This document shows, one piece after another, positions 9,348 through 22,704 of a stretch of 64,000 nucleotides of DNA; within the stretch, counting starts at the first letter, position 1; the number at the start of each line of letters is the position of its first letter. The notes under the pieces were generated by a model. That model did not search any database. It had not been told where the DNA came from and saw only the letters and a list, made by a program, of their open reading frames with translations. The DNA is from Mustelus asterias (taxonomy: Eukaryota). The DNA lies in assembly GCF_964213995.1 (NCBI RefSeq), contig NC_135813.1:79174001-79238000 (forward strand). Direction: 5' to 3'. The position numbers and the translations under genes were made by a program.

Positions 9348-12300
9348 GTAAGTGGGAAGTTCAACTATCAATATTTATTTGAATTGTTCAAAGCTATGAG
9401 ACAGAGCTGCTTCCATTCTTGGTCTCAGGCTGAGTTAGCTGATCTCAGCTAAGTGATGTACTTGGCAGCTGGAGTAGGTAAGAAAAATTAAATTAGATTC
9501 CTGTACCTACTTGTTATCTAGTAACCCCTGTTAATGCATATGTATACCAGATGAGGATGGGACTGAGCTTTTGCGCGATGTGTTCTAATCATTTTCATGG
9601 CTGTGGTCTGTTGGACAATCAGATGGATCATGAATTATATTCAAATTTATTTAATCTTCTGAGGGGAAGTTTTAAGGAATTTCTCCCAACAGCCAAGGCA
9701 GGTCTTCAGAGTATCTGAATGTCCATTCTATATTGTTCAATCATGGTTATCTCTCTGGTCCTCATAATTTATTAAATTATTAAATTCCTTATTTGGTTAT
9801 CATAGACGCAATTAAAGCTTTCAGTATTGTTGCTAACTGGGTGAGAATCAGTTTTTAAATTCGGGAGTTAAGCAACACAGTACTGACTGCTATGCCAGTG
9901 ATCTTTCATATATGGGATGGAGGGAGAAAATGTTTTCAGTTGTTTGAAGCTTAATAACTTTGTTCTCAAGGTGCTTTGCTCTGTGCTCAGTCTTGCATCT
10001 AAATTCTCTCTTGGCATTAAAAACTAGATCATACTCCGTGCCAATTTTTTCAATAAGTCTCTTTTGCAACTAAGTTGCAGAAATAGCACTTGCATTTCTC
10101 TGATCCTAGTAAAATATCGATTTACTTTTGGAGGCAGTGTGGCCAGACATATGTATGAGGTAGCATCATTAATCACCTGTGCAAGTTTAAAGTCATGCTT
10201 TGATACATCATCAAATGCCATTGAGATGCCTTGATACATAATCAAATAGCATTGAAATGCCATGATAAATACCATTGAGATGCAACTTGGTATTTGCTGA
10301 GCTTTGTTTAGCGGCCACAAATGGATCATATTCTTTTAATACATAATTTTTTCATTTCATTTATACTGTTGTTCATTTTAAAACCGAACCCCTTCATGTT
10401 TTTATATTTCATTTTCCCTGTTTAATTGTGCATTGTTCAGTATTTAATCTATTCAGACTCGTGACTTGGTTATATAGTTTATTCTTGCATGTAAATTTTA
10501 TATTCTGAGAATTGTCATCAACTTTGTTATTTGAATAGTGTTCACAGTAGGGAAAGCAGAATTGATTTCTGAAGAACTTCAGTCTTTGCGTTTCATTGTT
10601 TTTCCAATTATTGACACCTGTTTTTTGTAACCAAGTCTGCTATATTTAAAGAAACATTGACAGCATCCCGCCACTGTGTTCATTTATTACTAGTGTACCC
10701 AAAAAGGCACCAGAGTGTGGCGAATTGGGGGGGTTTTCACAGTAACTTCATTGCAGTGTTAATGTAAACCTACTTGTGACACTAATAAATAAACTTAGGC
10801 TAACTTAGTCCATAATTTACTGGCCCATGTTTCATATTATTTTTCAATCCTAGAATAAAGTTTGGTATCCTCCAATTCTTGGATGCGGGTCTTATAGTTG
10901 TGGAACTCTTACTGAAAAAGTTGATCACAACCACACCTAATCCCTCTAGTTCGTTTGAGATGTCGTGTTTCTGGCCAAAGTACCTTAAAAGTTAATTCGA
11001 TATATATGTCACTTATCTCTTATCAATTTCTGAACTAATTGCTAAATCCAAAAGTGCACATAGGATTACTTTGGTACTTTGTTTGTATTTGTATTGTACC
11101 AAAGTTTGAGTTGATTGTCTGCACGTACATGGCTAAGACTGGTTTCCTTATCCTTATGGTAGACTGGATATGCTTGTCTACTACCAAATTAAAGGAAGAA
11201 TACTTAGTTTAAGTGCCAGTAGGTGGTTATTGAATACTAGCCTCTTGGAATCGGAACTAAAATAGTTCCAGTATCAGTATTTTGTCTTAATTTGTGAAGA
11301 AGAATTCAATATGCCTCCCATTTCTCGACACCTTCAACACTTCTGTGATGCTTAATGCTGGATTGATTTACCTGAAGTTTATCACACTCCTACTTCAGAA
11401 TAGCCAAAACATTTATTTCGATTCCAGCCCATATAATTTAATTTTCTATTGCTCTTAGCTCTTCTGAATTAATTTTAATTATTGAAAACTGACATTTGCA
11501 CAATTTTACCATTAATTGTTTCCTTGTATATTTTCATTTTGTGTTGGTAGGCCATCCAAAAAACTTTATTAGCAGTTTTAACTGATCTTAATCCCCATAC
11601 CTATGTAAAGTTAGTTTTATTATGAGCTACTAAATTCAAGGAAATTATTTCAAATAGTTTTGATAAAGTTATGAAATAGATTTAAAGTTTTCAAACAGAT
11701 TGGAAAACATGTTAAAATATATTAACAGAAGGCAATCAAATTTACGCAATACATTAAACTATTTGCATTAGGAAATTATCCTTGAAATTTGAGAAATATT
11801 TTACACAGGGTATGACATTACACTGACATTCCCAATGTCAGTGTTTTGAACAATTTATCTGTGCACTATTAGTTGAAGGGGCCACACTTGTTTGCTCCCA
11901 GATTCTGTTAATACTGCTGTGAGATGATCCCTTTCAGATGATTTCTGTTACCTCTGTGGGGGTGACACCTAATCTTTGCGATGCCACTGTTTTTCTAAAT
12001 ATAGTCTGGATGGGGTGTGGGTGGAGACTGCTTCTACCCTTCCACCCCATGACTTTCTGCATTGGTATTCCGCATTGAACTATACCTTCTCCAACACTTG
12101 TGTTTAATGAAATAGATGACTGGATTGCATCTTCCTCCATTCCTTTAGGTGGTTTTCTAGTGTTGATCATAAAGTTAACCAGTCTATGTCAATCCTAATG
12201 ATCCTCTCATGACACAGTTTTTGCAGGCAGTACAGTATGGGATTGCATACTGAACCACCTTTCTGTTGTAAGCACATTAATTCTTGGATGCACTATACTG

Positions 12301-12952
12301 AACTTGACTGAGATTATTTTATTCCGTATACTGTTTCCAGCTGCCCTGTTTCTTTCTTAGACCCATATTGACATAGGAAAATAATTAAGTACCAAATTCC
12401 TTTTATACTTTGATATTGGTATTAATACTTGTGTAAATACACAATGTAATTTGTAAAATGTACTTGCCTGAAATTGAGCCAGATAATTTATGCTAAAAAT
12501 ATTTCGGTAGTACTATTGCAATTTACAATATTTTGTAGCCCAACATAAATCAGCTTTCCGATGTTCATCAAACATTGTAGTAAAATCTGGTATCTGCATT
12601 TGCACTTTGATTTCTTTTCACCCTCCAATTAGGGTAATTTAGTTCAAAAATATAGCAAGTGTAAAGGAATGTACAGGTTTTAAATCTGATTTGGTGTCTG
12701 CCTCAATGTTTATTGTATGTTACTTCAGAATAGTTATTGTTAGATTATTTGTTTTATTTCCCAATGATTTGATGAGGTCCCTTTTTGATTACCACACAAG
12801 TGTGTGTATATGTATAATATATAATGTCTATATACAGTGAATTCGTTAAACTTTAATATGACAATTCCATCATAACCGAACAAACGCTCATTAGTTTTTT
12901 TTGCCAATTAGTACATATTAGGAAAGTTTTTTGTAACTTTTGTTTCATGCAG

Positions 12953-13056
12953 GTTGTGGGAAGCGTTCAGTACTTCACCAACTTTTGCCTTGACAAACTC
13001 GGACAGCCATTGCTAAATGAGAATCCACAGCTGACAGATGGATGGGAAATTCCCAA
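12953..13056 (+). CDS. ZCCHC8: ZCCHC8 exon 6 (VVGSVQYFTNFCLDKLGQPLLNENPQLTDGWEIP), MTR4 arch-interacting motif
   Basis: Highly conserved FTNFCLDKLGQP; donor GTATCCTG. Confidence 0.95.
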
Positions 13057-13123
13057 GTATCCTGCACACTGAATGGAAAGTTTCTACTTCAGTTGACTTG
13101 TTTATTGTCTATTATAACAATAT

Positions 13124-13752
13124 AGGCCAAAAATAAAGCTGAAGTCCTGCTGCCGGGGTCAAAATGGAGGCAACCCCTCTACGACTGGCAGCAGGATTCA
13201 GGAAGGCATTCTCCTTGCACTAACTAGTTAAGGAGCTGCAATTCCAATTTAATTGTTGGGGCAGCCCGTGAGCTGCCAGCTTAACAGAAGGCCAGCAATT
13301 CAGTGTAATTTCTAGGGGTGGCCAGTGATGATGCTGTAACTGCAAAGAGAGGATGCCTCAATGGCTGGGGACTCTCCAAGAGAGTGTTTGTAGATGCTGG
13401 AGCCAGACAGACAGAGGCCCCAACGATCAAAGGCTAGTGGTGGTTGGGCACACATTGCACCATTGCCGAAGGAGCGAGGACAGTCAATGCTGGTGGGTCG
13501 GGGGGAGACACAATGACAACTGGAAGAAGGGCACCCCTATCAACAGGTTTCACTGGGCAGTCTCCCGACTGGGAGCAGGGAAGTGGCCCTTAATTAACTA
13601 CTGAAGTGGCTCACTTGGTTTTCTGGTGGCCATTGTGCTTGCCTTTAGTGAAATAGTCTGCCTGAGGGAAGGCAGCAAGGACACCCCCTGACATCTTTCC
13701 GCAACATCTGCCACCTCCAACATGTTGCCAAATGCTTGGTAAAATTCTGGGC
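13124..13752. mobile_element. Probable Harbinger-type MITE
   Basis: GC-rich block in an AT-rich intron ending GGTAAAATTCTGGGC. Similar ends occur at ~17660 and ~26157. Confidence 0.45.
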
Positions 13753-14332
13753 ATAGTTTTGGAATTGGCCCTGAACAGACGAGAAAACAGTTTGGGTTTA
13801 TGCTAGACCTTGGGGATGTCTGTGAACTGTTGCTGTGTGTTGGGAGTAGGGAGTAAAATATTTCTCGCGTTCAGATGTTAATTTCCAAATGCATATAGTT
13901 TAATACATTAATTCCAGCTGTTTATACTTGTTAGATGTTTTCCAATCTGTTTCACCATTTTATTGAAACAATGCTCCTGATCTAGATGGGGGGAAAATGA
14001 GAATTTATATGAAATGTACAATAGTAACTTTTATTTTTCAAAACATAAATTTGTATCTGGCACAGATTATTAGTTTTATTTAAACAAATTGTTAGTTTTA
14101 TTGTGCAAGAGTCCAAGTACTCTCAAAGTAAAAGCCTGATATTAACATTAGCAGTTCTTTTGACCATCTTGACTTACTACACAAAAGTGTCACTCCATGC
14201 ATTAATGACAGAATGCACAGAATGTTTTTTTGCTGTGCATAATTTCATGGACTCTTGATGGGTTTTAAATGGCCTGTTTTGGAACAAGTGTTAAAATGTG
14301 ATGTGCAGAACTCATGAAATAGTAGACAATGC

Positions 14333-14517
14333 AGCTTTTTGTCATGCATTCATCAGGACAAATGCAAGAATGCCAAATTTCAAACGATCACAATTTATAC
14401 TACAACGTGAAAAAGTGCCAACCAATCATGCGTGCCCTTTTCTCCTGAAGTATAAGTTGTGATTGTTTGAAATTTGGCATTCTTGCATGTATCCCGATAA
14501 GTGCAAGACAAAAAGCT
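14333..14517. repeat. Inverted repeat (~69-bp arms), Penelope-like palindromic element with decayed hammerhead cores
   Basis: 14333-14401 is the reverse complement of 14449-14517 with about 8 mismatches; CTGATGA...(G>A)AAA remnants. Confidence 0.75.
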
Positions 14518-14823
14518 CTGGCGACATGTCTCTCTTGCTTTACCAACATTAATTTCAAATCATAATATTATTTACTGATCTTGATAATTATCACTGATCA
14601 GAAGGATGGAGTAGTTTAGGACAGCTCCATGGTCCAGATATGCAGGGCAAGGAAAATGCCCGAATGAATAGTTCTGCAGTTGTTATAGCCAATCAATTCA
14701 CATCTTTGCAAAATGCAAATAAACTTGCTGTTGTTGAGCATGAGGAAATCTTGTAAGGCCTGGAAGCTTATTTTACAATGTAGATGTTTATGGAAATGAG
14801 TAATTCCTGAATGCGCTGTAAAG

Positions 14824-14889
14824 ATACCAGCAAGTCTTCGCCCAAGTTGTATCCTTAGATGGTCAAGAAGTGGAATTGAAAGCTAAGAG
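14824..14889 (+). CDS. ZCCHC8: ZCCHC8 exon 7 (KYQQVFAQVVSLDGQEVELKAK)
   Basis: 66 nt, donor GAG/GTATGT, homologous peptide. Confidence 0.93.
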
Positions 14890-15001
14890 GTATGTATAGA
14901 TGTTCAGGCTTCAAATTTATATTAAACAGTAGATATTAAACATGTTCTTTTATTGAAATACATTAATAACTTGAGGAAAAAACATATTTTGTATCAAATA
15001 G

Positions 15002-15062
15002 GCCAAAACCTTGTTGTTTCAACTGTGGTTCAACGGAACATCAGTTAAAAGATTGTCCAAAG
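15002..15062 (+). CDS. ZCCHC8: ZCCHC8 exon 8, CCHC zinc knuckle (RPKPCCFNCGSTEHQLKDCPK)
   Basis: C-x2-C-x4-H-x4-C; donor AAG/GTAAGA. Confidence 0.96.
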
Positions 15063-15269
15063 GTAAGATCAGCATAACTTTGTAATGAGATTTTGTTCCA
15101 AATGGACAAGTTGCACACATCATGGTCATGCAGAAGTCAACAAATTGTTTGCTTATTCTTCAATGGGAATTGATCTTGCATCCAAGGACACGCAATTCTG
15201 TGAATATGACCCAATATTTTCCTCTGTTTAATAGTAAAACTAAGCATGAGCTTATTCAAGCAATTGTAC

Positions 15270-15600
15270 TTAACCATCTTGACTCAATGGTAATAAGCTC
15301 ATCCCTTGAGTCAAAATAATTGTGGGTTCGAGCCCTACTCCAGAACCTGGCTGCACAATCTAGGCTGCGAAGAAGTGCTGCATTGCCACAGGTACTGTCT
15401 TTTGGATGAGATGTTGAACTAAGATCTCAACATTGCTCAGGGAAGAGCCAAAAATTCTCCCAACATTCTTGTTTCAGTCCTCCTTCATCCAGCACCATCA
15501 ACACTGTTTAATTGCTTATTTCTCATTTGTTGTTTGTGGGAACTTTGCTCTATGCAAATTGGCTTTGAAGGGATTTAGGATATCTTGGCATCAAAGATGC
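15270..15600 (+). mobile_element. Old tRNA-derived SINE (Deu-domain-like)
   Basis: B box GGTTCGAGCCC and body ...GTCTTTTGGATGAGATGTTGAAC. Related copies at ~3930-4220 (-) and ~45480-45810 (+). Confidence 0.55.
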
Positions 15601-15846
15601 TTTTTGCGGGGGGAACTGATACTTGAGCAAACCATCAACCCCATATTTATCTCGCCAGGCATGTGCCATGGAGAGGTCACTCCAGTGATCCATTTGCATG
15701 CACCATTGACTCTCAAGATGGAGGCTAAGGAGCAAGGAAGTATGCTATGCAACAGCAAGATCCTAAATTTGACTTCTGTTCTCTGCAGCAGTAGTTGAAG
15801 TAAGAGGCATATTACAATTTGCCACACTATCCTGGGTGGATAGGCA

Positions 15847-16241
15847 ATTTTTTTTTATTTGCTCATGGGATGTGGATGTCGCTGGCTGGGCCAGCATTTC
15901 TTGTCCATCCTTAATTGCCTTTGATCTAAGTGGCTTGCCAGGCCATTTCAGTGGGCAGCTAAGAGTCACCACATTGCTGTGGGTCTGGAGTTACATGTAG
16001 GCCAGACCGGGGTAAAGATGGCAGAGTCCCTTCCCTAAAGGACGTTAGTGAACCAGATGGGTTTTTACAACAATCGACAATGGTTTCATGGTCATTCGAT
16101 TTTTTTTTTTAATTCCCGATTTTTATTGAATTCAAATTTCACCATCTGCCATGGTGGGCTTTGTACCTGGGTCCCCAGAGCATTGCCCTGGGTCTCTGGA
16201 TTACTAGTTAAGCGACAATACCATTACGCCACTGCTCCCCC
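15847..16241 (-). mobile_element. tRNA-headed SINE with CR1-group LINE tail
   Basis: Reverse-complement full copy of the 38369-38753 family. Confidence 0.8.
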
Positions 16242-16665
16242 AATTATCAATTGACTCTCACTGGAAACTGCATACTGTGGAAATGGGGTGAGGATGCAGT
16301 CAGTTTGATTGTAAAGTTGCCTGTTCATAAGTTTTTTTTTATACTTGTGAAGAATTACTGTGAAGAAGCATCATTGAGCTACTTGAGATCTGTTGGCATA
16401 TGTAAAACTTTACCCCAGTGTAAGTCAGGAGAGGAGGTCAATAAAACTAATCTGGAGATATGCAGGCAGTCACCTTAAATTGACTGATCTTCAAACAGAG
16501 GCAAGTAAAATCGAAACTTGTTGTGAATTTTCGATCGTAATAGACACATTAAAACACACGTACTTAAATTTCGAGCAGCCTGAATACATATTTTGACATT
16601 TCATACACAACTGTTATTAACTGCAAGGAATAATTAACCTTCATATCTTTCAATTGACTTTATAG

Positions 16666-16796
16666 CCACGTGATCTTGCTCGTATTAGTGAAAAAAGAAA
16701 AGAGTTCATGACGATGGCTAGTGATTCACCTCATTCAGGCTCTCAACAGCGGTATCACGCAGAGAGATTTGAAAAGTTCAAACCAGGTGTTATCAG
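16666..16796 (+). CDS. ZCCHC8: ZCCHC8 exon 9 (PRDLARISEKRKEFM...QRYHAERFEKFKPGVI)
   Basis: ARISEKRKE, QRYHAE and FKPGVIS motifs; AG/GT boundaries. Confidence 0.95.
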
Positions 16797-17231
16797 GTAA
16801 AATAAAACCAATGAATTGCATTATCATAGCCTCCTTCTGTGCTGTATAATTCTATCAGACTCATCATTCTTGTGTCAACTTTTTGCAAGAGTTATTCAAT
16901 TAATCCCGGTCCCCTGCTCTTCCTAACAGCCCTACTGTCACAGGATATGCTGAGCGGAATTACTGCCGTAATTCCCCTTATGGAGCAATGTTGCCACTTG
17001 AAAAATGGCCCATCATTCTACTTTCCTACCTGTTTTTTTAAAAAAAAACATTTTGTGCAGTAAGCTGCATCTATTAATTTTGTAGCTAAAATCTTTGTAT
17101 TATGCACAAAAATACCTTTTAAACCATTAAATTGTAAATGTCCTCTGGAATGACGTCTTGCCCAGCCACCAATATTTATTGTTTATGGCATTAAATAATG
17201 TTTTTTTTGTTTAACTTGATTGTTTCTGCAG

Positions 17232-17374
17232 TGTAGAACTTAAAGAAGCTCTGGGGATGACTGATGAAACTCTTCCACCTTTTATTTATCGAATGCGTCG
17301 ATTGGGTTATCCACCTGGATGGTTGCTGGAGACCCAACAAGAGAATTCTGGGCTTGCTTTATATGATGGAAAAG
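17232..17374 (+). CDS. ZCCHC8: ZCCHC8 exon 10, PSP domain (RBM7-binding)
   Basis: SVELKEALGMTDETLPPFIYRMRRLGYPPGWL, the PSP signature. Confidence 0.97.
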
Positions 17375-18414
17375 GTGAAATATTCCAAATACAAACTTTG
17401 AATATTTACAAATTAGAAATGCATGTGGTATAATTAATAATTTCATATTCAGTGCATTGAGACATTTTTTTTGTTTCTTCTCCACATGGTAGTTTAGTGT
17501 TTTTAATTGGTTTGTACTTACTGCATACTTGGAAAACCCCCCACGGTACCTTTATTCAGTTAATGGTTGGGAGTTTCCAGTCTCGGGCCAAGTGAGGTCA
17601 ATGGATCTTCCCCATGCCTGCTCCGATTCCCATGGCAGGCAGGGCGGTAGAATTCTGGTCAATGTCTCCAATCATTTTGCTGCAGGATATGCTGAAGGGT
17701 TCCTTGTGTTGTTGTTCATGATGAATTTGCCCTATGTGATCATTTAAAATGCATTATTCAAAAGCTAAAATTTGGAGACTTGTGGGGGGGAACAATTGAG
17801 AGTAGCAAGAAACTGAGTATGCTTTTACTGCTGGTACATAGAGAGTTGCCTTGAATACATCACAATATTCTCATTGACCAAGGAATCCATGTCTAGCACT
17901 CATTACTTTGCACCACTGAAAGATATGCTATTCATCTCAATGAATCTGTTTACTGAACCACACCAGAGGTTTATTTTTATCCATTAAAATGTTTTGTTGT
18001 TAAAATGGATCAGTATTTTCACTCGCATGAAATCCATCTGGCAACGTATTAGAGTGCCATTACTGACTGACAAGATGCAAGTTTTGTATTTTTTCCTGCT
18101 TGAAATTCCGTAGTTAGAAACACCAGGGAAATGGTGCCACTAGCTAGGGAATTTCAATCGCATATTAAGACCACAACCAATCAAAATGATTCAAATATTT
18201 TTATCCAACAGCAAAGAAGAAATAAACAGTTTTTGCCCAAGTCAGGAGAATGTGCGACTTGTCTAAAAGCATACCTTCTGGGGGGGATACAATATTTTCA
18301 ACAGAACTTAAAATGAACTGAAAAGCTCATACTTTTGTTCTAAAAGTAGTGGCTGCTGTCTTTTTTCTCGTGCAATTATGAGCATACTTTAACAGTTTTC
18401 TCTTTTATATATAG

Positions 18415-18539
18415 ATCCAAGTGACAGTGAAACGGAACATGACAGTCAACATCTAGAAACTTATTCTCCATCCTACGACACAAGCAAGCTAATAGATTAT
18501 GCAGGATTCAATGCTGTCATTCCGAAAGGGATTCAGGAT
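18415..18539 (+). CDS. ZCCHC8: ZCCHC8 exon 11 (DPSDSE...YDTSKLIDYAGFNAVIPKGIQD)
   Basis: YDxSKLxxYxGFN motif; AG/GT boundaries; phases 1 and 0. Confidence 0.93.
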
Positions 18540-19232
18540 GTAAGCATTTTACTTGATATATTCCAGTCTATGTTCCCCACCACACCCACAGTTTCTTCTG
18601 TTTTTTCTCAAATGTATTGGTTGATGCTAGATTTTTCATTTTCCAAGCTTTGGCCAACTAATTGGCATCTTTTCAGCCTGGATGGGCGAGTGCTACTAGA
18701 CATTTTGACCATGGAGCATCCAATCTGATATCCTCAATTTTCCAAAACAATGTTAACACTCAGCAAATGTTATTTGTATCTGTGTCTTCCCAGTAGTCCA
18801 TTCTTCACTGTCTTTATGCTTTGAAACTTTTATACCGAGAACATTTGGATGTCTGAGTTCGATGTCATATAGGTAGCCCTTGGACCTTCCCCTGCAAAAT
18901 AATAAAAGTGTCATGATTTTCTCTTTACTACTGCCTGTGTAACAAGATTCCAGGTATTTAGATTTAAAACTATACCAACAGCATATTTTTTTTTTAAAGT
19001 AAAATTATGAAGAAAGCCTTTTTCTGGTAGACTATCAATATGAGGCTGTGGAAGTTCTAGTCTGTCTGACTGTTTTTATTGCTTCAGGATATGAGGCTGG
19101 TTTAAAATACTTTGTCAAGAAATATGCAATGAAATAAAGCCGTTCAGGTAGCTCTGATTTATTTTGCCCCAGAGCTGATTTTGTCTTATGCGTGATTTTG
19201 TTTTTTGGTATTTTGTTTTGTGATTTCTTTAG

Positions 19233-19319
19233 GAATGGAGGCAGTATGGTTCAATTCCAATGCAATCCTATCATCTGAAGGAATACTTTGCACATCAATT
19301 GGCTGCAGATTATCCCACT
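19233..19319 (+). CDS. ZCCHC8: ZCCHC8 exon 12 (EWRQYGSIPMQSYHLKEYFAHQLAADYPT)
   Basis: EWRxxGSIPMQ motif; strong acceptor, donor GTAAGT. Confidence 0.94.
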
Positions 19320-19689
19320 GTAAGTTTAACACTTGTGTTTATTGTGTTGATTGACTTATCCGGGTTTATCAATTTTTTTTCAATTCTGGGAATTGCAAAT
19401 TTATGAGTAGAAGGTATTTGGCTCAAATTGACTAATTCACCATGAAACCAGGAACAAGACTAGAGCCTGGTTGATATGATTCAGTGCCACATAAGCTGCT
19501 GAACCATCAGAAATGTTCAACTGAAGTCCAACTATAAGGTGACATTTAGGGCTGAGCAAACCACATTCCAGTAGCCCTGTCCTGCCAGGCAGCTGTTGCA
19601 AACTTGCAGAAAGGTCCTAAAAGCAGCTTTCCTGTGTCCTCCTACCTTGACCTGGATTGACTGAGCAAATATAGAACTTCAGTTTATCA

Positions 19690-20550
19690 AGGCACAAGAC
19701 AGGAGTGTGATGGAATACTCCCCACTTGCCTGGGTGGGTGCAGCTGCAGCAACACTCAAAAAGCATGACATCATCCAGGACAAAGCAGCTCACCTAATTG
19801 AGGCACCACATCCACTCCCTCCACCACAGACGCTCAGTAGCAGCAATCCACCAAAGATCCTTAGACAGCCGCAACCATTTCCATATATAAGGACATGGGC
19901 AGCAAATACATGAGACCACCTGCAAGTTCCCCTCCAAGCCACTCACCATCCTGACTTGGAAATGTATCGCTGTTCCTTCACAGTCACTGGGTCAAAATCC
20001 TGGAATTCCCTCCCTAACGGCATTGTGATCAACAAAGCAGGTGGACTGCAGCGATTCAAGGCAGTTCACCACCACCTTCTCCAAGGCAACTAGGGATGGG
20101 TAATAAATGCTGGCCAGCCAGCAACGCCCAGGAGCTGTGTGACCCAAATTGGGCGAAACCCAAATTGGGCATCACTGAGCAGGTGCTGCTTGATAAGTGT
20201 TGATGATCCCTTCCATCATGTTATTGATGATTGAGAGTAGACTGGGCGGTAATTGGCTGGGTTGGATTTGTCCTGCTTTTTGTGTACAGGACATACCTGT
20301 ACAATCTTCCACATTGTCGGATAGATGCCAGTGTTGTAACTATACTGGAAGAGCTTGGATAGGGGAGCAGCAAGTTCTGGAGCTCAAGTCTTCCGTACTA
20401 TTGCTGAAATGTTGTCAGGGCCCGTTGCCTTTGTCGTATCCAATGCCTCCAATCGTTTCTTTGTATCACGTGGAGTGAATCGAACTGGCTGGAGACTGAC
20501 ATCTGTGGTGCTGGGGACCACTGGAGGAGGCTGAGATGGATCATACACTG
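19690..20550. mobile_element. Two CR1-group LINE fragments in opposite orientation (+ 3' end 19690-20130; - ORF2 piece 20130-20550)
   Basis: MEYSPLAW peptide and family tail on +; RT-region remnant on -. Confidence 0.7.
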
Positions 20551-22700
20551 GTGCTCATTTCTTACTGACATATAGTATGATGACTATGATACATTTAAAC
20601 TGCGGTTCTCAATGCCTATGAGCAAGTGCCAGAGGCTTACAGATATAAATTTATGAAAGAAATAAAGTTGGAATTTGCTAGTGAAAAGGAACTGATATTT
20701 GGTGGGTCTATGAATGTTCCATGAGATTTTGAAAATCTTGGAGAGGCATTGCTAGTATCACATGGAAGAGCATGAAGTTACTAAGATAAGAAACTGGAAT
20801 AAAGGTGGACAATGAGGAATTGTCTTACGCACATGTTAGGAGCAAGTTATTGTGAACTTGCATATAAACTGGAGAGATGAGATTGGATCAGTGAAGTTAA
20901 TGGCCTGGGGAAAGAAACAGACTCGGAATAGAAACACACAGTCTGGAAGTCAAGGTTGACTAAATGCTACCAATGTTTCTGCCGGTAAAAAGGACATGTG
21001 AAGGATGAATGCTGGAAATTAAAAAGCAAGATACTAGCATATGTGAGATTGTGCAATGTCCCTTCAGAAACTATTGTCCCAGTGGGTAATGTTGCAGACA
21101 AACCTCTGTTCAACCCTAGGAGAGAGGGTAGTGCACAGTAAAATAATGGAAATTTTCTGTTTCAAGGTGACATGCTCATTCTTGTCTGGTGAAGTAAGCA
21201 AGCAAGTTGTTCTTGGAGATACTGGATTGATCCAGTCACTGGTGTTAGTAGATGACAGGCCATTTCAAAAAATATGCTTTTAAAAAAATGTGTTGATAGA
21301 GGGTGCCAATGGAAGTTGTTTACCCTCTCCTCTGTGTAAAAGTTAATTTAAAATTTGCATTAATTTCTGGCCCTTCAATTATGGGGGTTGTGTCTAATTT
21401 ACCTGTTGGTGATATAGATGTTTTTATTAGCGAATGGCTTGGCTGGGATAATGTATTACTGTCTCCAGCATAAACCTATTGAGGCTGTTGACACTGTAGT
21501 GGTACTACAAAAGCCAAATGTCTTAAAAGAATTCACAACTTTATGTAACCTTATTATAAAAATTGCTGTTTCAACTAAAAATGTATTCAGAGTCAGAAAC
21601 TCAAACTGCTAACATTTCAAGGACAGAGGAGCATCAGACTATTGGGAGGTGAGGTAAATCTGCCTGAATTAAACATGCAGGGAAAACGTGATCAGAATGT
21701 GACGTGTACAGAGCAACAGTATTCAAGGCTGATGATTGAACATAGAACTGTTTTGAAACAATCTGCTGCATTCAATGGCTGTTACCTTTGTACTGTGAGG
21801 AAAAATATGTGCTCGTGAACGCAAAATGAAGATGCAGTCACCCTTGCTAGAAAATAAATTGCTGCTAACGCACAAATTAAGTTTGGGTGCAGGGAGAGCA
21901 GAATAGACTTGGTTAAGAATATTAAATCCTCTTGGCTGATCATCGGCATAACTTTAAAAGCCGCTAAAGATGATTTTTCTGCCAGAAAAATGAACCAGTG
22001 CAAAAAAGGTTTGTGTTAAATCTGAATCTCCTGGAAAGAACGCTGAAGGATTTGATCCTGGAAGCGAACTTAAAAATAAAGTTGGTCCTTAATTTAAACA
22101 GGATGAAGTGAATTTAATTCTTATGCAGGGCAACTCGGATACGTTGCTGGTGGAGGCTTTCTTCACAACTGGGACATTAGAAGAACATGTTGGTTTGGAA
22201 AAAAAATGGAAATCATGAGTTAAAACCTGCACAAAGTGATTGAGTCTTTTTTTAAAATGAATACCGTTTATTGTTTGATCTTAAAGAAGAACAAAATAAA
22301 TTGCTGAATCCAGAAGGTAGGAAGTGTTATAAGCAGGGATTTCTCCTTGGATTCCAGTTCACAGCTGCTAGTACTTAGAAATCATTTGGTAGTGGTCTTC
22401 TGGACAAAGTTAACCAGTTCAACCAGATTATGAAATCTTTTGGACCCATCACGAATACTATCTCTCCAGACTATGTGCAATCTACATTCCTTTAACTGAG
22501 GACATGGAAATGCTGTACAGCCTAAGTAAAATTAAAAAGATCTTTAGTGCATTTTTGGAAGAAAGAGAAATAAACTTTTGTTTGCAAGAGTTGAAAATCT
22601 TTAAATGCTTACGCAATCTGGACTTTGTTAGGGTACAAGGTCAGAAACCCCAAGGAATATTATGAAGCCAGACAATTGACCCCAACAATTTTCTGTTTTG
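20550..22700 (+). mobile_element. Decayed Gypsy-type LTR retrotransposon internal region (gag-protease)
   Basis: Degenerate knuckle CYQC...GHVKDECWKL (20965-21024) followed by aspartic-protease-like VLGDTGLIQSLV; many stops. Confidence 0.6.
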
Positions 22701-22704
22701 GCAT

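Larger units (their letters stand above)
13057..14823 (+). other. ZCCHC8: U12-type GT-AG intron (ZCCHC8 intron 6)
   Basis: 5' splice site GTATCCTG. No polypyrimidine tract; branch-like TTCCTGAAT (14804-14812) lies ~11 nt before the AAG acceptor. Splicing restores WEIPKYQQVF. Confidence 0.85.

Noticed and set aside
14602-14755. ~50-codon open stretch in intron 6 as a cassette exon
   Set aside because: No acceptor gives the phase required by exon 6, and no recognisable homology.
20142-20170. Direct repeat ACCCAAATTGGGC twice
   Set aside because: Short local duplication at a LINE fragment junction; no evidence of function.
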